A stretch of DNA of 64,000 nt from Squalus acanthias (GCA_030390025.1 CM059433.1:28088001-28152000); one strand, 5' to 3'; shown: positions 10,730 to 24,048, counted from the stretch's first letter. Translations and numbers: made by a program. The notes: a model not told the origin generated them from the letters alone.

Positions 10730-13700
10730 ATATGAATATACAAATTAGGAGCAGGAGTAGGCCACTCGGCCCCTCGAGCCTGCTCCGCCATTCAATAAGA
10801 TCATGGCTGATCGGATTACTCCACATTCCCGCCGACCCCCAATAACTTTTCACCCCCTTGCTTATCAAGAATCTATCTACCTCTGCCTTAAAAATATTCA
10901 AAGACTCTGCTTCCACCGCCCTCTGAGGAAGAGAGTTCCAAAGACTCACGACCCTCAGAGAAAGTTTCTCCTCATCTCTGTCTTAAATGGGCGACCCCTT
11001 ATTTTTTAAACAGTGACCCCTAGTTCTAGATTCTCCCACAAGAGGAAACATCCTCTCCACATCCACCCTGTCAAGACCCCTCAGGATCTTATATGTTTCA
11101 ATCAAGTCACCTCTTACTCTTCTAAACTCCAGCGGATACAAGCCTAGCCTGTCCAACCTTTCCTCATAAGACAACCCGCCCATTCCAGGTATTAGTCTAG
11201 CAAACCTTCTCTGAACTGCTTCCAATGCATTTACATCCTTCCTTAAATAAGGAGACCAATACTGTACACAGTACTCCAAATGCGGTCTCACCAATGCCCT
11301 GTATAACTGAAGCATAACCTCCCTACTTTTGTATTCAATTCCCCTCGCAATAAACAATAACATTCTATTAGCTTTCCTAATTACTTGCTGTACCTGCATA
11401 CTAACCTTTTGCAATTCATGCACTAGGACACCCAGATCCCTCTGCATCTCAGAGCTCTGCAATCTCTCACCATTTAGATAATATGCTTCTTTTTTTATTC
11501 TTCCTGCCAAAATGGACAATTTCACATTTTACTCCATTTGCCAGATCTTTGCCCACCTCACTTAACCTATCTATATCCCTTCCTCGCCTCCTTATGTCCT
11601 CTTCACAATTTACTTTCCTACCTATCTTTGTGTCATCAGCAAATTTAGCAACCATACCTTCGGTCCCTTCATCCAAATCATTTGTATAAATTGTAAAAAG
11701 TTGAGGCCCCAGCACTGATCCCTATGGCACACGACTCGTTATATCTTGACAACCAGAAAATGACCCATTTATGCCTACTCTCTGTTTCCTGTTAGCTAGT
11801 CAATCTTCTATCCGTGCTAATATGTTACCCCCTACACCATGAGCTTTTATTTTCTGCAATAACCTTTGATGTGGCACCTTATCAAATGCCTTCTGGAAAT
11901 CTAAATACAGTACATCCACCAGTTCCCCTTTATCCACAGCACATGTTACTTCCTCAAAGAACTCCAATAAATTGGTTAAACATGATTTCCCTTTCACAAA
12001 ATCATGTTGACTCTGCCTGATTACCTTGAACTTTTCTAAGTGCCCTGCTATAACGTCTTTAATAATAGCTTCTAACATCTTCCTATGATAGATGTTAAGC
12101 TAACTGGCCTGTAGTTTTCTGCTTTCTGTCTCCCTCCCTTTTTGAATAAAAGAGTTACATTCGCTATTTTCTAATCTAATGGAACCTTCCCCGAATCTAG
12201 GGAATTTTGGAAAATTAAAACCAACGCATCAACTATCTCACTAGCCACTTCTTTTAAGACCCTAGGATGAAGTCCATCAGGACCCGGGGACTTGTCAGCC
12301 CGCAGCTCCAACAATTTGCTCAGTACCACTTCCCTGGTGATTGTAATTTTCTTCAGTTCCTCCCTCCCTTCCATTTCCTGATTTACAGCTATTTCTGGGA
12401 TGCTACTTGTATCCTCTATAGTGAAGACCAATGCAAAATACCTGTTCAATTCAGCTGCCATCTCCTTATTTTCCATTATTAATTCCCCAGCCTCACTTTT
12501 TATAGGACCAACACTCACTTTGTTAACTCTTTTTAAAATATCTATAGAAACTCTTACTATCTGTTTTTATATTTCTAGCTAGCTTTCTCTCATACTCTAA
12601 TTTTTCTCTCCTTATTAATCTTTTAGTCATTCTTTGCTGTTTTTTATATTCTGTCCAATCTTCTGACCTGCCACCCATCTTTGCGCAATTATATGCTTTT
12701 TCCTTAAGTTTGATATGATCTTTAACTTTTTTAGTTAACTACAGATGGTGGGTCCTCCCCTTGGAATTTTTCTTTCTCGTTGGAATGTATATAGTCTGTG
12801 TATTCTGAAATATCCCCTTAAATGTCTGCCACTGCAACTCTATTGACCTATCCCTTAACCTAATTTGCCAGTTCACTTTAGCTAGCTCTGCTTTCATGCC
12901 CTCATAATTGCCTTTATTTAAGTTTAAAATACTAGTCTTGGACCCACTCTTCTCTCCCTCAAACTAAAGGCAAAATTCAATCATATTATGATCGCTGCTA
13001 CCTAGGGGCGCCTTCACTACGAGGTCATTAATTAATCCTATCTCGTTGCACAATACCAGGTCTAGTATAGCCTTCTCTCTGGTTAGCTCCAGAACATGCT
13101 GTTCTAAGAAACTATCCTGAAAACATTCTATGAACTCCTCATCTAGGCTATCTTTGCCCATCTGATTTTTCCAGTCTATATGTAGATTAAAATCCCCCAT
13201 GATTATTGCCGTACCTTTCTGACAATCTCCCATTATTTCTTCCTTTATACTCCATCCTACCGTGTGGTTACTGTTAAGGGGCCTGTACACCACTCCCACA
13301 AGTGACTTCTTGCCTTCTTTATCATTTCTCATCTCTACCCAAACTGCTTCTACATCCTGGTTTCCTGAAATTAGGTCATTCCTCTCTATTGTGCCAATAC
13401 CATCATTAATTAACAGAGCCACCCCTCCACCTTTTCCTAGCTTTCTGTCCTTCCTAAATGTCATGTACCCAGCAATATTCAGGTCCCAATCTATGTCATC
13501 CTGCAGCCATGTTTCTGTAATGGTTATCAGATCATACTTATTTATTTCTATTTGCGCTTTCAGTTCATCTGGTTTGTTTCGAATGGTATGTGCATTCAGA
13601 GCCTTTAGTTTTGTCCATTTATTATTTTTGTAACTTCTAGCCTTATCTGTCGATTTACTCTTAGATTTGTATTCTCTATCCCTTCCTGTCACGGTCTGTT

Positions 13701-13803
13701 TATCATTTCCCACATTAATACCTTTCTCTCTTGCCTTGTCTCTACTCTTTGATTTACCACATCTTCCCAAATTTGATCCCTTGCCCCCACTATTTAGTTT
13801 AAA
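10730..13803 (-). mobile_element. CR1 LINE, nearly complete ORF2 (APE endonuclease plus RT) and 3' UTR, disrupted
   Basis: Track ORFs 12964-13770 (ITETW, GGGVAL, YRP, GDFN, SDH), 12171-12518 (KSPGPDGLHPRVLKE), 11800-12078 (YLDFQKAFDKVPH), 11467-11715 (KFADDTK), 10983-11525; split by stops and frameshifts. Confidence 0.95.
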
Positions 13804-13869
13804 TAATTATTTCACATTTAAAACACTCAGAAGTATGTGAAAAAGTGTCTGAAAATATTTTGAAAGGTC

Positions 13870-15810
13870 TCGAAATATTGAGAGACAGAGAGCAAGTAGT
13901 AAGTGGAGGGGTTTGAGGCCGATTAGGAACCAAAATGGAGACCTACGCATGGAGGCAGAGGGCATGGCTGAGATACTAAATGAATACTTTACATCTGTCT
14001 TTACCAAGGAAGAAGATGCTGCCAAAGTCATAGTGAAAGAGGAGGTAGTTGAGATACTGGATGGGAAAAAAAATTGAACGTACTAGAAAGGCTGGCTGTA
14101 CTTAAAGTAGATACGTCACCAGGACCAGATGGGATGCATCCTAGGATGCTGAGAGAGCTGTGGAGGCTGGGTCATTGAATATATTCAAGGTGGAGATAGA
14201 CAGATTTTTGAAAGGTAAGGGAGTCGAGGGTTATGGGGAGCGGGCAGGGAAGTGGAGTCGAGGCCAAGATCAGATCAGCCATGATCTTATTGAATGGCGG
14301 AGCAGGCTCGAGGGGCCAAATGACCTACTCCTGCTCCTACGTCTTATGTCCTTATAATCTTCCAATCTTCCTTGGCTACAGGGCTGGTGCCAAAGGACTG
14401 GAGTATTACAAATGTTACACCCTTGTTCAAAAAAGGGTGCAAGGATAAACCTGGAAACTACAGGCCAGTCAGTTTAACCTCGGTAGTGGGAAAGCTTTTA
14501 GAAACAATAATCAGGGACAAAATTAACAATCACTTGGATGAGTGTGGATTAATTAAGGAAAGCCAGCACTGATTTGTTGAAGGCAAATCATGTTTAACTA
14601 ACTTGATCGAGTTTTTTGATTTAGTAACAGAAAGGGTTGCTGAGGGTAATGCGGTTGATGTGGTGTACATGGACTTCCAAAAGGCACTTGATAAAGCGCC
14701 ACATAATAGCCTTGCCAGCAAAGTTGAAGCCCATGGAATAAAAGGGACAGCGGCAGCATGGATACGAAACTGGCTAAGTGACAGGAAACAGAGTAGTGGT
14801 GAACGATTGTTTATCGGACTGAAGGAAGGTACACAGTGGGGTTCCCCAGGGGTCAGTACTTGGACCACTGCTTTTCTTGATGTATATTAATGATTTAGAC
14901 TTGGGTGTACAGGGCACAATTTCAAAATTTACAGATGGCACAAAACTTGGAAGTTTAGTGAACAGAGAGAGATTTCAAGAGGACTTAGATAGGCTGGTGG
15001 AATGGGCAGACACATGGCATATGAAATTTAACGCAGAAAAGTGCAAAGTGATACGTTTCCTCGTTCTTCCTACCAAAATATAATATAAGCTAAAGGGTAC
15101 AATTCTGAAAGGGGTGCAGGAACAGAGAGACCTGGGGGTATATGTGCACAAATCGTTGAAGGTGGCAGGGCCGGTTGAGAAAGCGGTTAAAAAAGCATAT
15201 GGGATCCTGGGCTTCATAAATAGAGGCACAGAGTACAAAAGCAAGGAAGTTATGATGAAACTGTATAAAACACTGGAGTATTGTGTCCAATTCTGGGCAC
15301 CACACTTTAGGAAGGATGTGAAGGCTTTAGAGAAGGTGCAGAAAAGATTTACAAGAATGGGTCCAGGGATGAGGGACTTCAGTTACATGGATAGACTAGA
15401 GAAGCTGGGGTTGTTCTCCTTGGAGCGGAGAAGGTTGAGAGGAGATTTGATGGAGGTGTTCAAAATCATGACGGGTCTGGACAGAGTAGACAGAGAGAAA
15501 CTGTTCCCATTGGCGGAAGGGTCGAGAACCAGAGGGCACAGATTTAAGGTGATTGGCAGAAGAACCAAAGGTGACATGAGGAAAACATTTTTTACACAGC
15601 GAGTGGTTAGGATCTGGAATGCATTGCCTGAAAGGGTGATGGAGGCAGATTCAATCATGGCTTTCAAAAGGGAATTGGATAAGTACCTGAAGGAAAAAAT
15701 TTTGCAGGGCTACGGGGAAAGGGCGGGGGAGTGGGACCAGTTGAAGTGCTCTTGCAGAGAGCTGGTACGGGCTCGACGGACCGAATGGCCTCCTTCTGTG
15801 CTGTAACCAT
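13870..15810 (+). mobile_element. CR1 LINE ORF2 RT and 3' end, with nested CR1 3' fragment at about 14153-14355
   Basis: PGNYRPVSLTS, YMDFQKA, GSPGVS, KFTDGTK, ORF 15114-15806; tail GAATGGCCTCCTTCTGTGCTGTAACCATTC. Confidence 0.92.
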
Positions 15811-16502
15811 TCGAGTGAGAGAAGACGCGAGAGCGAGCAAGAGAAAGTGAAGGCAGGAATAAACAAACACACACCACAAACATATAACCCAATAAAGGGT
15901 TGTTCAGAAAAAAAACTTCAATCACATCAATATATTGCTGTTCAACTAATCTTGGACAGATAATTTTGGACTCCCCAATGAGTGGAAACATAATATTGCG
16001 CCATCAACAAGAAATCTAAGATTATTAAAGGGTTTGATACGGTAGGCATAGAGAAGATGGTTCGTACAAAACAAAAATATCCTGCTGTTGAGCATTCTGG
16101 GATCTTGGGATAGTTTTGAAGACCTTTCAAAATGTTTTCAGACACCGTAGTGTAAACGCCATCTTCTTCAATCCAGGTTCCAAAGTGCGGAGCAAAGTGC
16201 AGGCCACATATGCAACATTATCAGCAAGAAAGGGTATTTTTTTTTTGTAAATGTAATGTAAGCAAAATGAAACAGTTAGTCCGCCTGGGAATACTATAGT
16301 ACATCTTTTTTAGTGGCTTGTAAATTTAACCAACTTGTCATGTGCTCATACATTTTAACTCATCGCGCATGCATCGATAGCAATAGAATGGGATTTGCAC
16401 TGGGAATACACAGGGTCAATCCCCAAACTGATACACATTAGCAACGGGGGAGACCTTACCTGAAGGTGTGGGGGTCAGCAGGAAAATTAGACAGTTGAAA
16501 TG

Positions 16503-16989
16503 AAGATAGGAACAGGACATTCAGCCCCTCGAGCTTGTTTCGCCATTCAATTAGATCATGGCTGATCTGTATCTTAACTCCATTTATCCGCCTTGGTTCC
16601 GTAACCCTTAATACCCTTGCCGAGCAAAAATCTATCGATCTCAGTTTTGAAATATTCAACTGATTTTTTTTGGGGGGGGGGCGGGAAGAGTTTTCCAGAT
16701 TTCCACTATCCTTTGTGAAGAAGTGCTTCCTGGCATCACCCGAGCAGCCTAGCTCTAATTTTAAGCTTATGTCCCCTTGTTCTGGGCTCCCCCACCAGAG
16801 GAAATAGTTTCTCTTTATCTACCTCATTAATTGCTTTGATCATCTTAAACATCTCAATTAGATCACCCCTTCATCTCCTATACTCAAGGGGATACAAGCC
16901 TCGTCTATGCAACCTATCCTCATAATTTAACCCCTTTCAGCCCCGGTATCATTTTGGTGAATCTGCGTTGCACCCACTCTAAGGCCAAT
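16503..16989 (-). mobile_element. CR1 3' fragment, left part (split by Harbinger)
   Basis: CR1 3' UTR and ORF2 end; continues seamlessly at 21299. Confidence 0.85.
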
Positions 16990-17033
16990 GGCCGGAATTT
17001 TCACCTTTGCTTCGGGGTGTGTGTGTGCGCGTG

Positions 17034-17242
17034 TGTAACATTTGCATATTGAGTTGTCATTGGCCTGCAGGCATCTGTAAGGACTACTATTGTTTGGAAG
17101 ACCCAGGCTAGGGGTCCTAATGCCATGCTTTTCCCCTCTGGAGCTGCTATGAGTAAGAACACAGACCTAATGCTTAATAAACAAAGGTAAACCGTAATAC
17201 TCCATTGTCCTTCAATTTACAAAGCGTGCAAGAAACAAGACA
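17034..17242. mobile_element. Possible small solo LTR nested in the Harbinger left arm
   Basis: TGTAAC...GACA ends, near-TSD GCGTG/GTGTG, internal AATAAA; target is a GT microsatellite so the TSD is weak evidence. Confidence 0.35.
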
Positions 17243-17494
17243 GTGTGTGGGCGGTGAAGCGGGTCCGAAATGCGATGTTCTGAGCAACGCGCTGCTCAGA
17301 GAGACTTTCACTTAAAGACCCCAATTGAAAAAGTCATGCTCGTTTCCCGGCCCTATTAAATGGTGCGGGTCTGATGTCATCGATGACTCGTTTCCAGCGC
17401 CCATATTTAAAGCAGCCTTGCACTGAACTCACCTGAAGGTTGCCAGCAGGAGGGTGAAAGGTGTCAAAGAAAGGCCACAGTACTGCTGTAACTT

Positions 17495-19321
17495 TGGAGG
17501 CAAAGGCAGAGGGCTGCACCACACTTCTGATTCATCGCTGCATGCACTTCCCTGCTGAAAGGCAAAGGAGACCTCCACAAGAAACAAAGAGAGCCTGGTT
17601 GGATATAGCTGAGGAGGTCAGCAGCAGGGATGTGGTGAGGAGGACCTGAACACAGTGCAGGAAGAGATTCAATGATCTGATGAGGTCAGGAAAGGTGACT
17701 GCAAGGCCACACTCACCCTCATCCTGATGTGCCTGTCATCACATCCCCATCACACTGCCTTCCCAAGCCTACTCCTGCACATAATTACTCACACCAATAC
17801 AGCTTGCATGGCCACCCATCCCTCGCTCTCTGTGTACATACTCACAGCCCCATCTGACTAACCATCCCTGACACTCACCCTCATCCTAATGCAATCATAT
17901 CAAGTAACACCACAGAAGGAGGCTATTTGGTTTTGGCACCCCACTCCCTCAGTCACCCTCTACAGATGGAATGAGTGTAAGGAATGAATGGGTTACATCA
18001 GTCTCACTCAAACTTCTCTTCGTTCCCTCCTTGCAGAACAGAGGAGATGACGACGGCAACAACAACAACAACGAGGGGGAGAGAACCGGAGGTGACCCTC
18101 CAGTAATTGCACAACTTACAGCAGTAGAGGCACTGGCTCTGGAAATTTCAGGAGCTTGCGAGACGCTGGTGGTGGGAGACAGAGAGAGGGGGTTATCGCA
18201 GCAACCTGATGACAGAATCACATCTCAAAGCCACATGGCAGACAACAGTCATCCATATGGTGACTTATGTCAGCAGCCAGTGAAATGTCATCCTGTGCAT
18301 AATGATAACGTTAACCAATCTTATTAAAACACTTCTAATTCATCTCTTTACTCGCCCACAAGTCCATCAACAGCCCCGCCCCCAAGTCCATCAACAGCCC
18401 TGCCCCCACTGTCCAGCCGGAGGAAGAAGACAACTCCTCAGAGGAACCTCCAGCCTCTGAGGGTGCAACATCAGCAGATCCAAGTGCAGCCAGCACCAGC
18501 GCAGATACGTACACCTCGGTGGGTCCCTTGTGCCAGTGAGTACAGTTGTCACCTGGTGTCTCACAATTCACAAGTGAGCAAGAGCAGGTGGTGTTGACAG
18601 GGACAGCAGTGGAGACTCCTCGCCGGAGGGTGCAGGACGCTCCAAGCTCTGTTGAGCTGCATGCAGAAGCTGAGCCTCGGGGGCCATCGAGAAAGAGGGT
18701 GATCTTGGAAGGGCAGCAACAATTGCCCGAGGCTCTGGCATCTCCAACATGAGCACCACCATGTCGCAGGCGATGGTGACAATGTGCTGTTCCATGAAAA
18801 GGATGGCCACCTGCATGGAGCAGTAAATGCACCACTCACATGAGCACATGCTAGCTGTGGACAACAGATGGCAGGAACTCATTCACCTCCTTTCAAGGAG
18901 GGATGTAAACGTAGACTTGGACCTTCATCGCCCCACTGATGTGCAGCAAGGTGCTCGCCAGCTCCTTGCTAGCAGGGAAGTGCAGATGGCCCATGAGAGC
19001 GATGATGGCGAAAGGGAACATGGAAGTGGGGGCTCTTGTCAAAGTGCTCCCACTTCTCCCCCATTGCCACCCCCTCAGTCAGAGCCCCACATGCTTCCTC
19101 GGATCCCGATGGCGGAGTCTGCCCCTGCACAGTCGCAGGAGGAGCAGACTTTGGCGGGGCCATCACAGGCTCCAAAACCCACAGGACATCTGCCAAAAAT
19201 GTCTACGCAGTCGCAGCAGGGAAGTGAGCAGCCTGCAACTACCTCTGCTGAAGCCACAGGGGCTGCACCTCAGAAGCACTCGCAAAACAAAATGGACACA
19301 AAAGTAGATGCACAAGGGTAA
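17495..19321 (+). pseudogene. Harbinger Myb/SANT-like DNA-binding protein gene (spliced, disrupted)
   Basis: KRAWLDIAEEVSS...RRT*TQCRKRFNDL trihelix motif; GT donor at 17695, polypyrimidine AG acceptor at 18036, phase-0 join to ...ERTGGDPP..LTAVEALALEISG; low-complexity C-terminal part; in-frame stop at 17647. Confidence 0.8.
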
Positions 19322-19572
19322 GCACATGGGTGTATCAGAAAATGTTAGTGGTAAGTTTCAGTTGTTTTGATTGCAGCACTTTCCGGTCTTGTCCATTTTT
19401 GCCTCAAACCTTGGAAGTGGCTTTGTCACTTGGAGTGAATGGGGAAACATTATTTAACCTCAAGCATTGGGTGAAAGGAATGGATTGGTCATTGTAGGGA
19501 TGCTTTATGTTGTTGTTGGGGGGTGGGGACTTAGTAGAGCATGTGGCAGGCATGTGGCTGCATTGGAGCAAG

Positions 19573-20759
19573 TTAAGTAAATCTGGCCATGATGATAGCA
19601 TCTCGGGCAGCAGTGTGTGCCACAGCTGGTGCCATCTGCATCTCAAGTTCCTCCTCCTCCTATTCTTCCACCTGCTCCTCCTCCTCCGAAGAGGCTGTGT
19701 GCCATGCTCTTCCTGCAACTGCGCTATGTTGTGCAGGGTGCAGCAGATGACAATGATTCTGGAGACCCTGGCTGGTGCATACTGAAGGGCTCCTCCAGAT
19801 CTGTCAAGGTATCTGAAGCGCATCTTCAGCATGCCTATTCCTTGTTCTATGACACATCTAGTGGAGATGTGGCTCTCATCATAAGGCCCCTGGGCCTCAG
19901 TACTTGGCCTCCTCAAGAGTGTCACGAGCCACATCTTCAGTGGATAGCCCTCGTCTCCAAGCAGCCAGCCGGCAAGTCTGTTTGGAGGTGCGAAGAGCTG
20001 AGGGAGGGTGGACTGGCGCAGCATGAAAGAGTCATGACAGCTGCCAGGGAATCTGGCACACATGCATGATGATCTTTTTATGGTTGCAGACCAGTTGCAC
20101 ATTGAGGGAGTGGAAGCCTTTGCGGTTCACAAACACTCCGTGGTGACGATGGGGTGCCTTCATGGCCACGTGTGCAGTCGATGACGCACCTATGGGAAGT
20201 CAGCCAGAGCCGCAAAGTCAAGCGCCCGCTCAGTAACACTGGCCTCATCAGTGGCAGGGTGATATAATTGGCTGACTTGTGAAACATGGCATCGGTGACC
20301 TGTGTGATGCACCTGTGGGCGGCCGACTGCGAGATGCCACAAATGTCTGCTGCAGATCCCAGGAAGGAGCCTGAGGCGAAGAAGTTGAGGGCGGTGGTGA
20401 CCTTGACAGCCACTGGTAAGGCGTGTCCACCCGTTCCTCTGGGCAGCAGGTCTTCTTCCAGCAAGCTACAAATGTCTGCGATGACCTGGCGCGATAGTCT
20501 GAGCCTCCTTTGGCACTGCTGCTCAGTCATATTGAGGAAGCTCATCCTCTGCTTGTATACCGTGTTGAGGGTATCACCTCCGGCACGGTGCAACCCTATG
20601 CTGACCCCCTATTACCTGTGGAGCATCAGGTCATTGAGAAGGCTGTTGTTATGGTTGCTGCTTCTGGTGTGGCTGCTGCTGCAGTTATGGTTGCTGCTGC
20701 TGGGGCTCATCTTGGTCCGATTCTGAGGACCAAGGGGAGATAGTAGAAGCGGCACCCAT
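19573..20759 (-). pseudogene. Harbinger (HARBI1-like) DDE transposase, frameshifted
   Basis: [71 protein letters not shown] motifs across ORFs 20078-20593 and 19404-20102. Confidence 0.92.
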
Positions 20760-21298
20760 GCTGACATAGTAGATGACAGGTCAAGTAGTGATCAAAGGGC
20801 CAATCCCTTAGTGTTCGAATACTGACCTAGTAATGTGCTGAGCGTGGCTTCCAAGGTTGCAGAAATTATCTGCTAATTCCAGAAACCTAAATCTGTGCAC
20901 AAAGTGGAGTCAGCAAGAGCCTTTCCTTTCAGCAACTAATGAGGTGTAAGGTGTGTGTATTTATATGGTTTTCACAGCTGTCAATTAATGCATTTGCACA
21001 ATGGCCACTGAACTTCCGCCTCCCCTTCACAGGCGAGGTTCCCAAGCTGCGTGCTTCCCGTGTTCGTGCCGTTAAATTGAGAAGCTGCAGTTAAAAACCC
21101 TCTTAAGAGTCTGATAACAAGCAGTTAATGAATTGAATTAGTTCGCCCGCCTCTGCCGTTGGGGTCCGTGGTGCGTTGGGAAACACGCCCGAGTTAAAGA
21201 CGCAAGGAAGCGGGGTCCCGACACGCTGCCTATTTCCGCAATTTTTAAAGCCGACCCGCCTCCAAACCCGCACACATGGCAACAGGGAAATTCCAGCA

Positions 21299-21408
21299 AA
21301 TATATCCTTCCTGAGGTGCGGTGCCCAAAACTGAACGCAGTACTCCAGGTTGGGGGTCTAACCAGAGCTCTGTACAACTAACATAACTTCCACCCCTTTG
21401 TATTCTAG
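21299..21408 (-). mobile_element. CR1 fragment, right part (split by Harbinger)
   Basis: Encodes YRALVRP...EYCVQFWAPHLRKDI-like CR1 ORF2 sequence. Confidence 0.8.
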
Positions 21409-22519
21409 ATGGTAGGAGGAGACAAGGGAGAGATGAGCAAAGAAAGAAAAAAGACATACAAAGACAGAAAGGGGAAGGTTGTGTGTGGGGGGGCGGTTCG
21501 AGAGGGAGGATAAGATCAGACAAGACTTGTTTCTGTATCTTCAATTTAAAAGATGAAATTTGAAGTTTATAAAAAGGAAATTTCCTGCTCGAGAAGAGGA
21601 ATCGCTCAAAGACAATCAAGATGGCGATTGAGTTGTCACAGGTAGGCGAGATATCTGCTTGAGTCAACTGGAATTCCAGAGTCAGCGTGACAAGTTTACA
21701 TAGGTAGTTCCCATTATAAATACGGACATATGCATTTTTTTAAATGGGAAAAAGTTGGCACAATGTGTGACAACAGGAAGTCAAATGGTGCAGACAGGAA
21801 GTGTACTCCGAGGCAATATTTTAAATATATTATAGATATAAATGTAAAATTTCCGTCAGCTTTTGTTTTTAAGCAGTAACAACCAAGATTTGTGTGTTCA
21901 CACTTTGAGCACAAGTTAGCCACGGGCTGTGACTGACCATTTCAAACCATCCGATCCGTAAATGTTGAATCTCTCAAAATATCAATGTGGTAAGTTTCAC
22001 AATTTTTAAACAAATTGCATAATTCAGGCATATTATGCACCATCTCCTACACTGAAGAAAAGCTAACTTATTACACACACTGCCATTGAAACTTGTACCC
22101 TGTGTTCTGGTCCCGATGGTATTGAGGCAACTTTAATGCTATAGAATTTGCAGCATTTATTTGGCACAGGACACAAGATGGCTGGGTAGGTCGGCCTATT
22201 GCACTTCTCCAAGCCTGAGGCAGCAATGTATGCATGTTGTGTAACTGCAGTAGTCCTTCAACTTCCTTCAAGTTTCAGTCAGGTTTGACACAGTACCTCA
22301 AACTGCATCCTCTCCAATTTCTCATGATACCGAGATCAAGGCCAAGCCCAAAAGTAGTTTGGATCGATAAGGCCATCAAAGCACATCCTTCTGGTACATT
22401 ATCCTGGCATATATTTATATTTGGAATAACCCTGACATTTTTGCCTCGGTTACCTGAATTGGGAGATTATTCCCTCCATGAAAGTAAGTCCCCCCCGATA
22501 TCAGTTCTAAATTCATCTG

Positions 22520-22785
22520 GTTTCCTTATTGTCCCATTACCACCCCCTTTTGCCTTGACCATCATCCCATTTGTCATTTAATTACTCCTGCTCTCCACCC
22601 TATCTTTTTTTCTTTCCTCCCCCCGCCGCCACCCTTCTTCCTGCCTCTGTACTTGCTTATAAACTGTTAAATCGCTTAACTTCTTCCCGTTCGTCATCGA
22701 CCTCAAACATTAACTTTGTTTTTCTCACCGATCTGCTGAGTTTTCTGTTTTTATTTCAGATTTCCAGCATCTGCAGTATTTTGCC
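22520..22785 (+). mobile_element. Degenerate Penelope-derived terminal repeat fragment
   Basis: Similar to 25640-25905 (...TTTATTTCAGATTTCCAGCATCTGCAGTATTTTGC); hammerhead core deleted. Confidence 0.6.
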
Positions 22786-23194
22786 AAATTGATTTTCCAC
22801 TGAATTCGCCTACTTTGTCACACTTAATATTTTACATTTCTATGATCCTCCCTTAGCCAAACTGTGAAGCTCAAGGCTTCTCCAATCTTTCCTCATACCT
22901 AATCCACTTCACACTTGAGATCTAGTCTCATTGCTCTGTACCTTGATGCAAATGTAAACGGAAACTGAATACACTTTGTAGGCTGACCAGTGCATTTAAG
23001 GCCTCGGCTGAGCTTTTAATCTACCATTCTGGCTATAAAATCTTGGCGAACTAACCTGGAATTCTGTCATCTATTTCAATTGCTTCACCACATTGAAAAG
23101 GAGCTGGGAATAATAGTTGTGGCACTATCAACTTCCACACAAGTTTTCTAAAATGCCCTACTTAACTATCAGTGTTAATCATTGGATCGGATAG

Positions 23195-23555
23195 TGCCGT
23201 GCTGTGTCATCCAATACATTAGCCACTGGTCACATGTGGCCAAATGCATTTCTAATTCTTAAATAAAAACTGAGTAAGAGGCAGTCTTTGGGCATGTAAT
23301 CTGAATTCATATTTGCACAGTGTATTTGAACCTATTTGTTGGTAAAATGACGAGATGAAACGTAGAGTGTGCGAGTGTTTTTTGATCAATGAGAGTGCTT
23401 CACTTCCTGGTTTACTGAAAAGGTGGTAGATATTTGTTCAGTAAATATATGTGTGAAGTACATTTACCTGTATTGTATGTAAGACATGCTCTCCTCAAGC
23501 AGCGTCACCATAGCCATACCTGTGGCTAGTCAGCCATTTCTATTGGACAACACTG
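23195..23555. mobile_element. MER3/MER33-like hAT-Charlie MITE
   Basis: TCCAATA...AGCCACTGGTCACATGTGGC at left, GTGGCTAG...CTATTGGACAACACTG at right; related copies at 31861 and 51640. Confidence 0.55.
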
Positions 23556-23953
23556 GAGTAGTGGCTGTTACTTGACTAATAATTCAGAGGCCTGGACTAA
23601 TAATCATGAGGGCGCGAGTACAAATCCCACAGGTGACTGGCTCACTAATGTCTTTTAGGGAAGGAAACCTGCTTTTCTAACCCAGTCTGGCCTATGTGAC
23701 TCCAGTCCCAAATTGACGTGATTGACATTTAACTGCCCTCTGATGTGGCCTAGCAAGCCAATCAGTTATATCAAACCGTTACAAACAATAAGAATTTTTT
23801 TAAGATCCTGACTCAACAGCCCTGTGGGAGCACCTTCACTACACGAACTGCCGCAGTTCAAGAAAGCGGCTCACCGACACCTTAGGGCAACTAGGGATGG
23901 GCAATAAATTCTGGCTTTACTAGTGACACCCACATCCCAAGAATTAAAATAAA
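23556..23953 (+). mobile_element. tRNA-like SINE with a tail shared with the LINE at 39636-39905
   Basis: Degenerate A/B-box-like head; tail GGGCAATAAATTCTGGC...CCCACATCCC matches 39847-39890. Confidence 0.55.
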
Positions 23954-24016
23954 ATCTCATGCCACGTATTAACACGATGCATCACTGATCGAAGCCCTTG
24001 TACAAATGTTTTGCTG

Positions 24017-24020
<4 letters not shown>

Positions 24021-24048
<28 letters not shown>
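24021..24048. repeat. (TC)n microsatellite
   Basis: Direct observation. Confidence 0.95.

Larger units (their letters stand above)
16990..21298. mobile_element. Full-length, decayed PIF/Harbinger DNA transposon
   Basis: TIRs GGCCGGAATTTTC / GGAAATTCCAGCA, 3-bp TSD AAT (16987-16989 / 21299-21301), convergent Myb/SANT and DDE transposase genes; removal restores CR1 AAGGCCAATATATCCTTCC. Confidence 0.92.

Noticed and set aside
17677..17700. CTGATGA...GAAA hammerhead-like core
   Set aside because: No stem II or stem III; explained as Myb coding sequence (DLMRSGK) and its splice donor
19404..20593. Domesticated host HARBI1 gene
   Set aside because: Frameshifted and enclosed by TIRs, a TSD and a Myb partner, so a transposon copy
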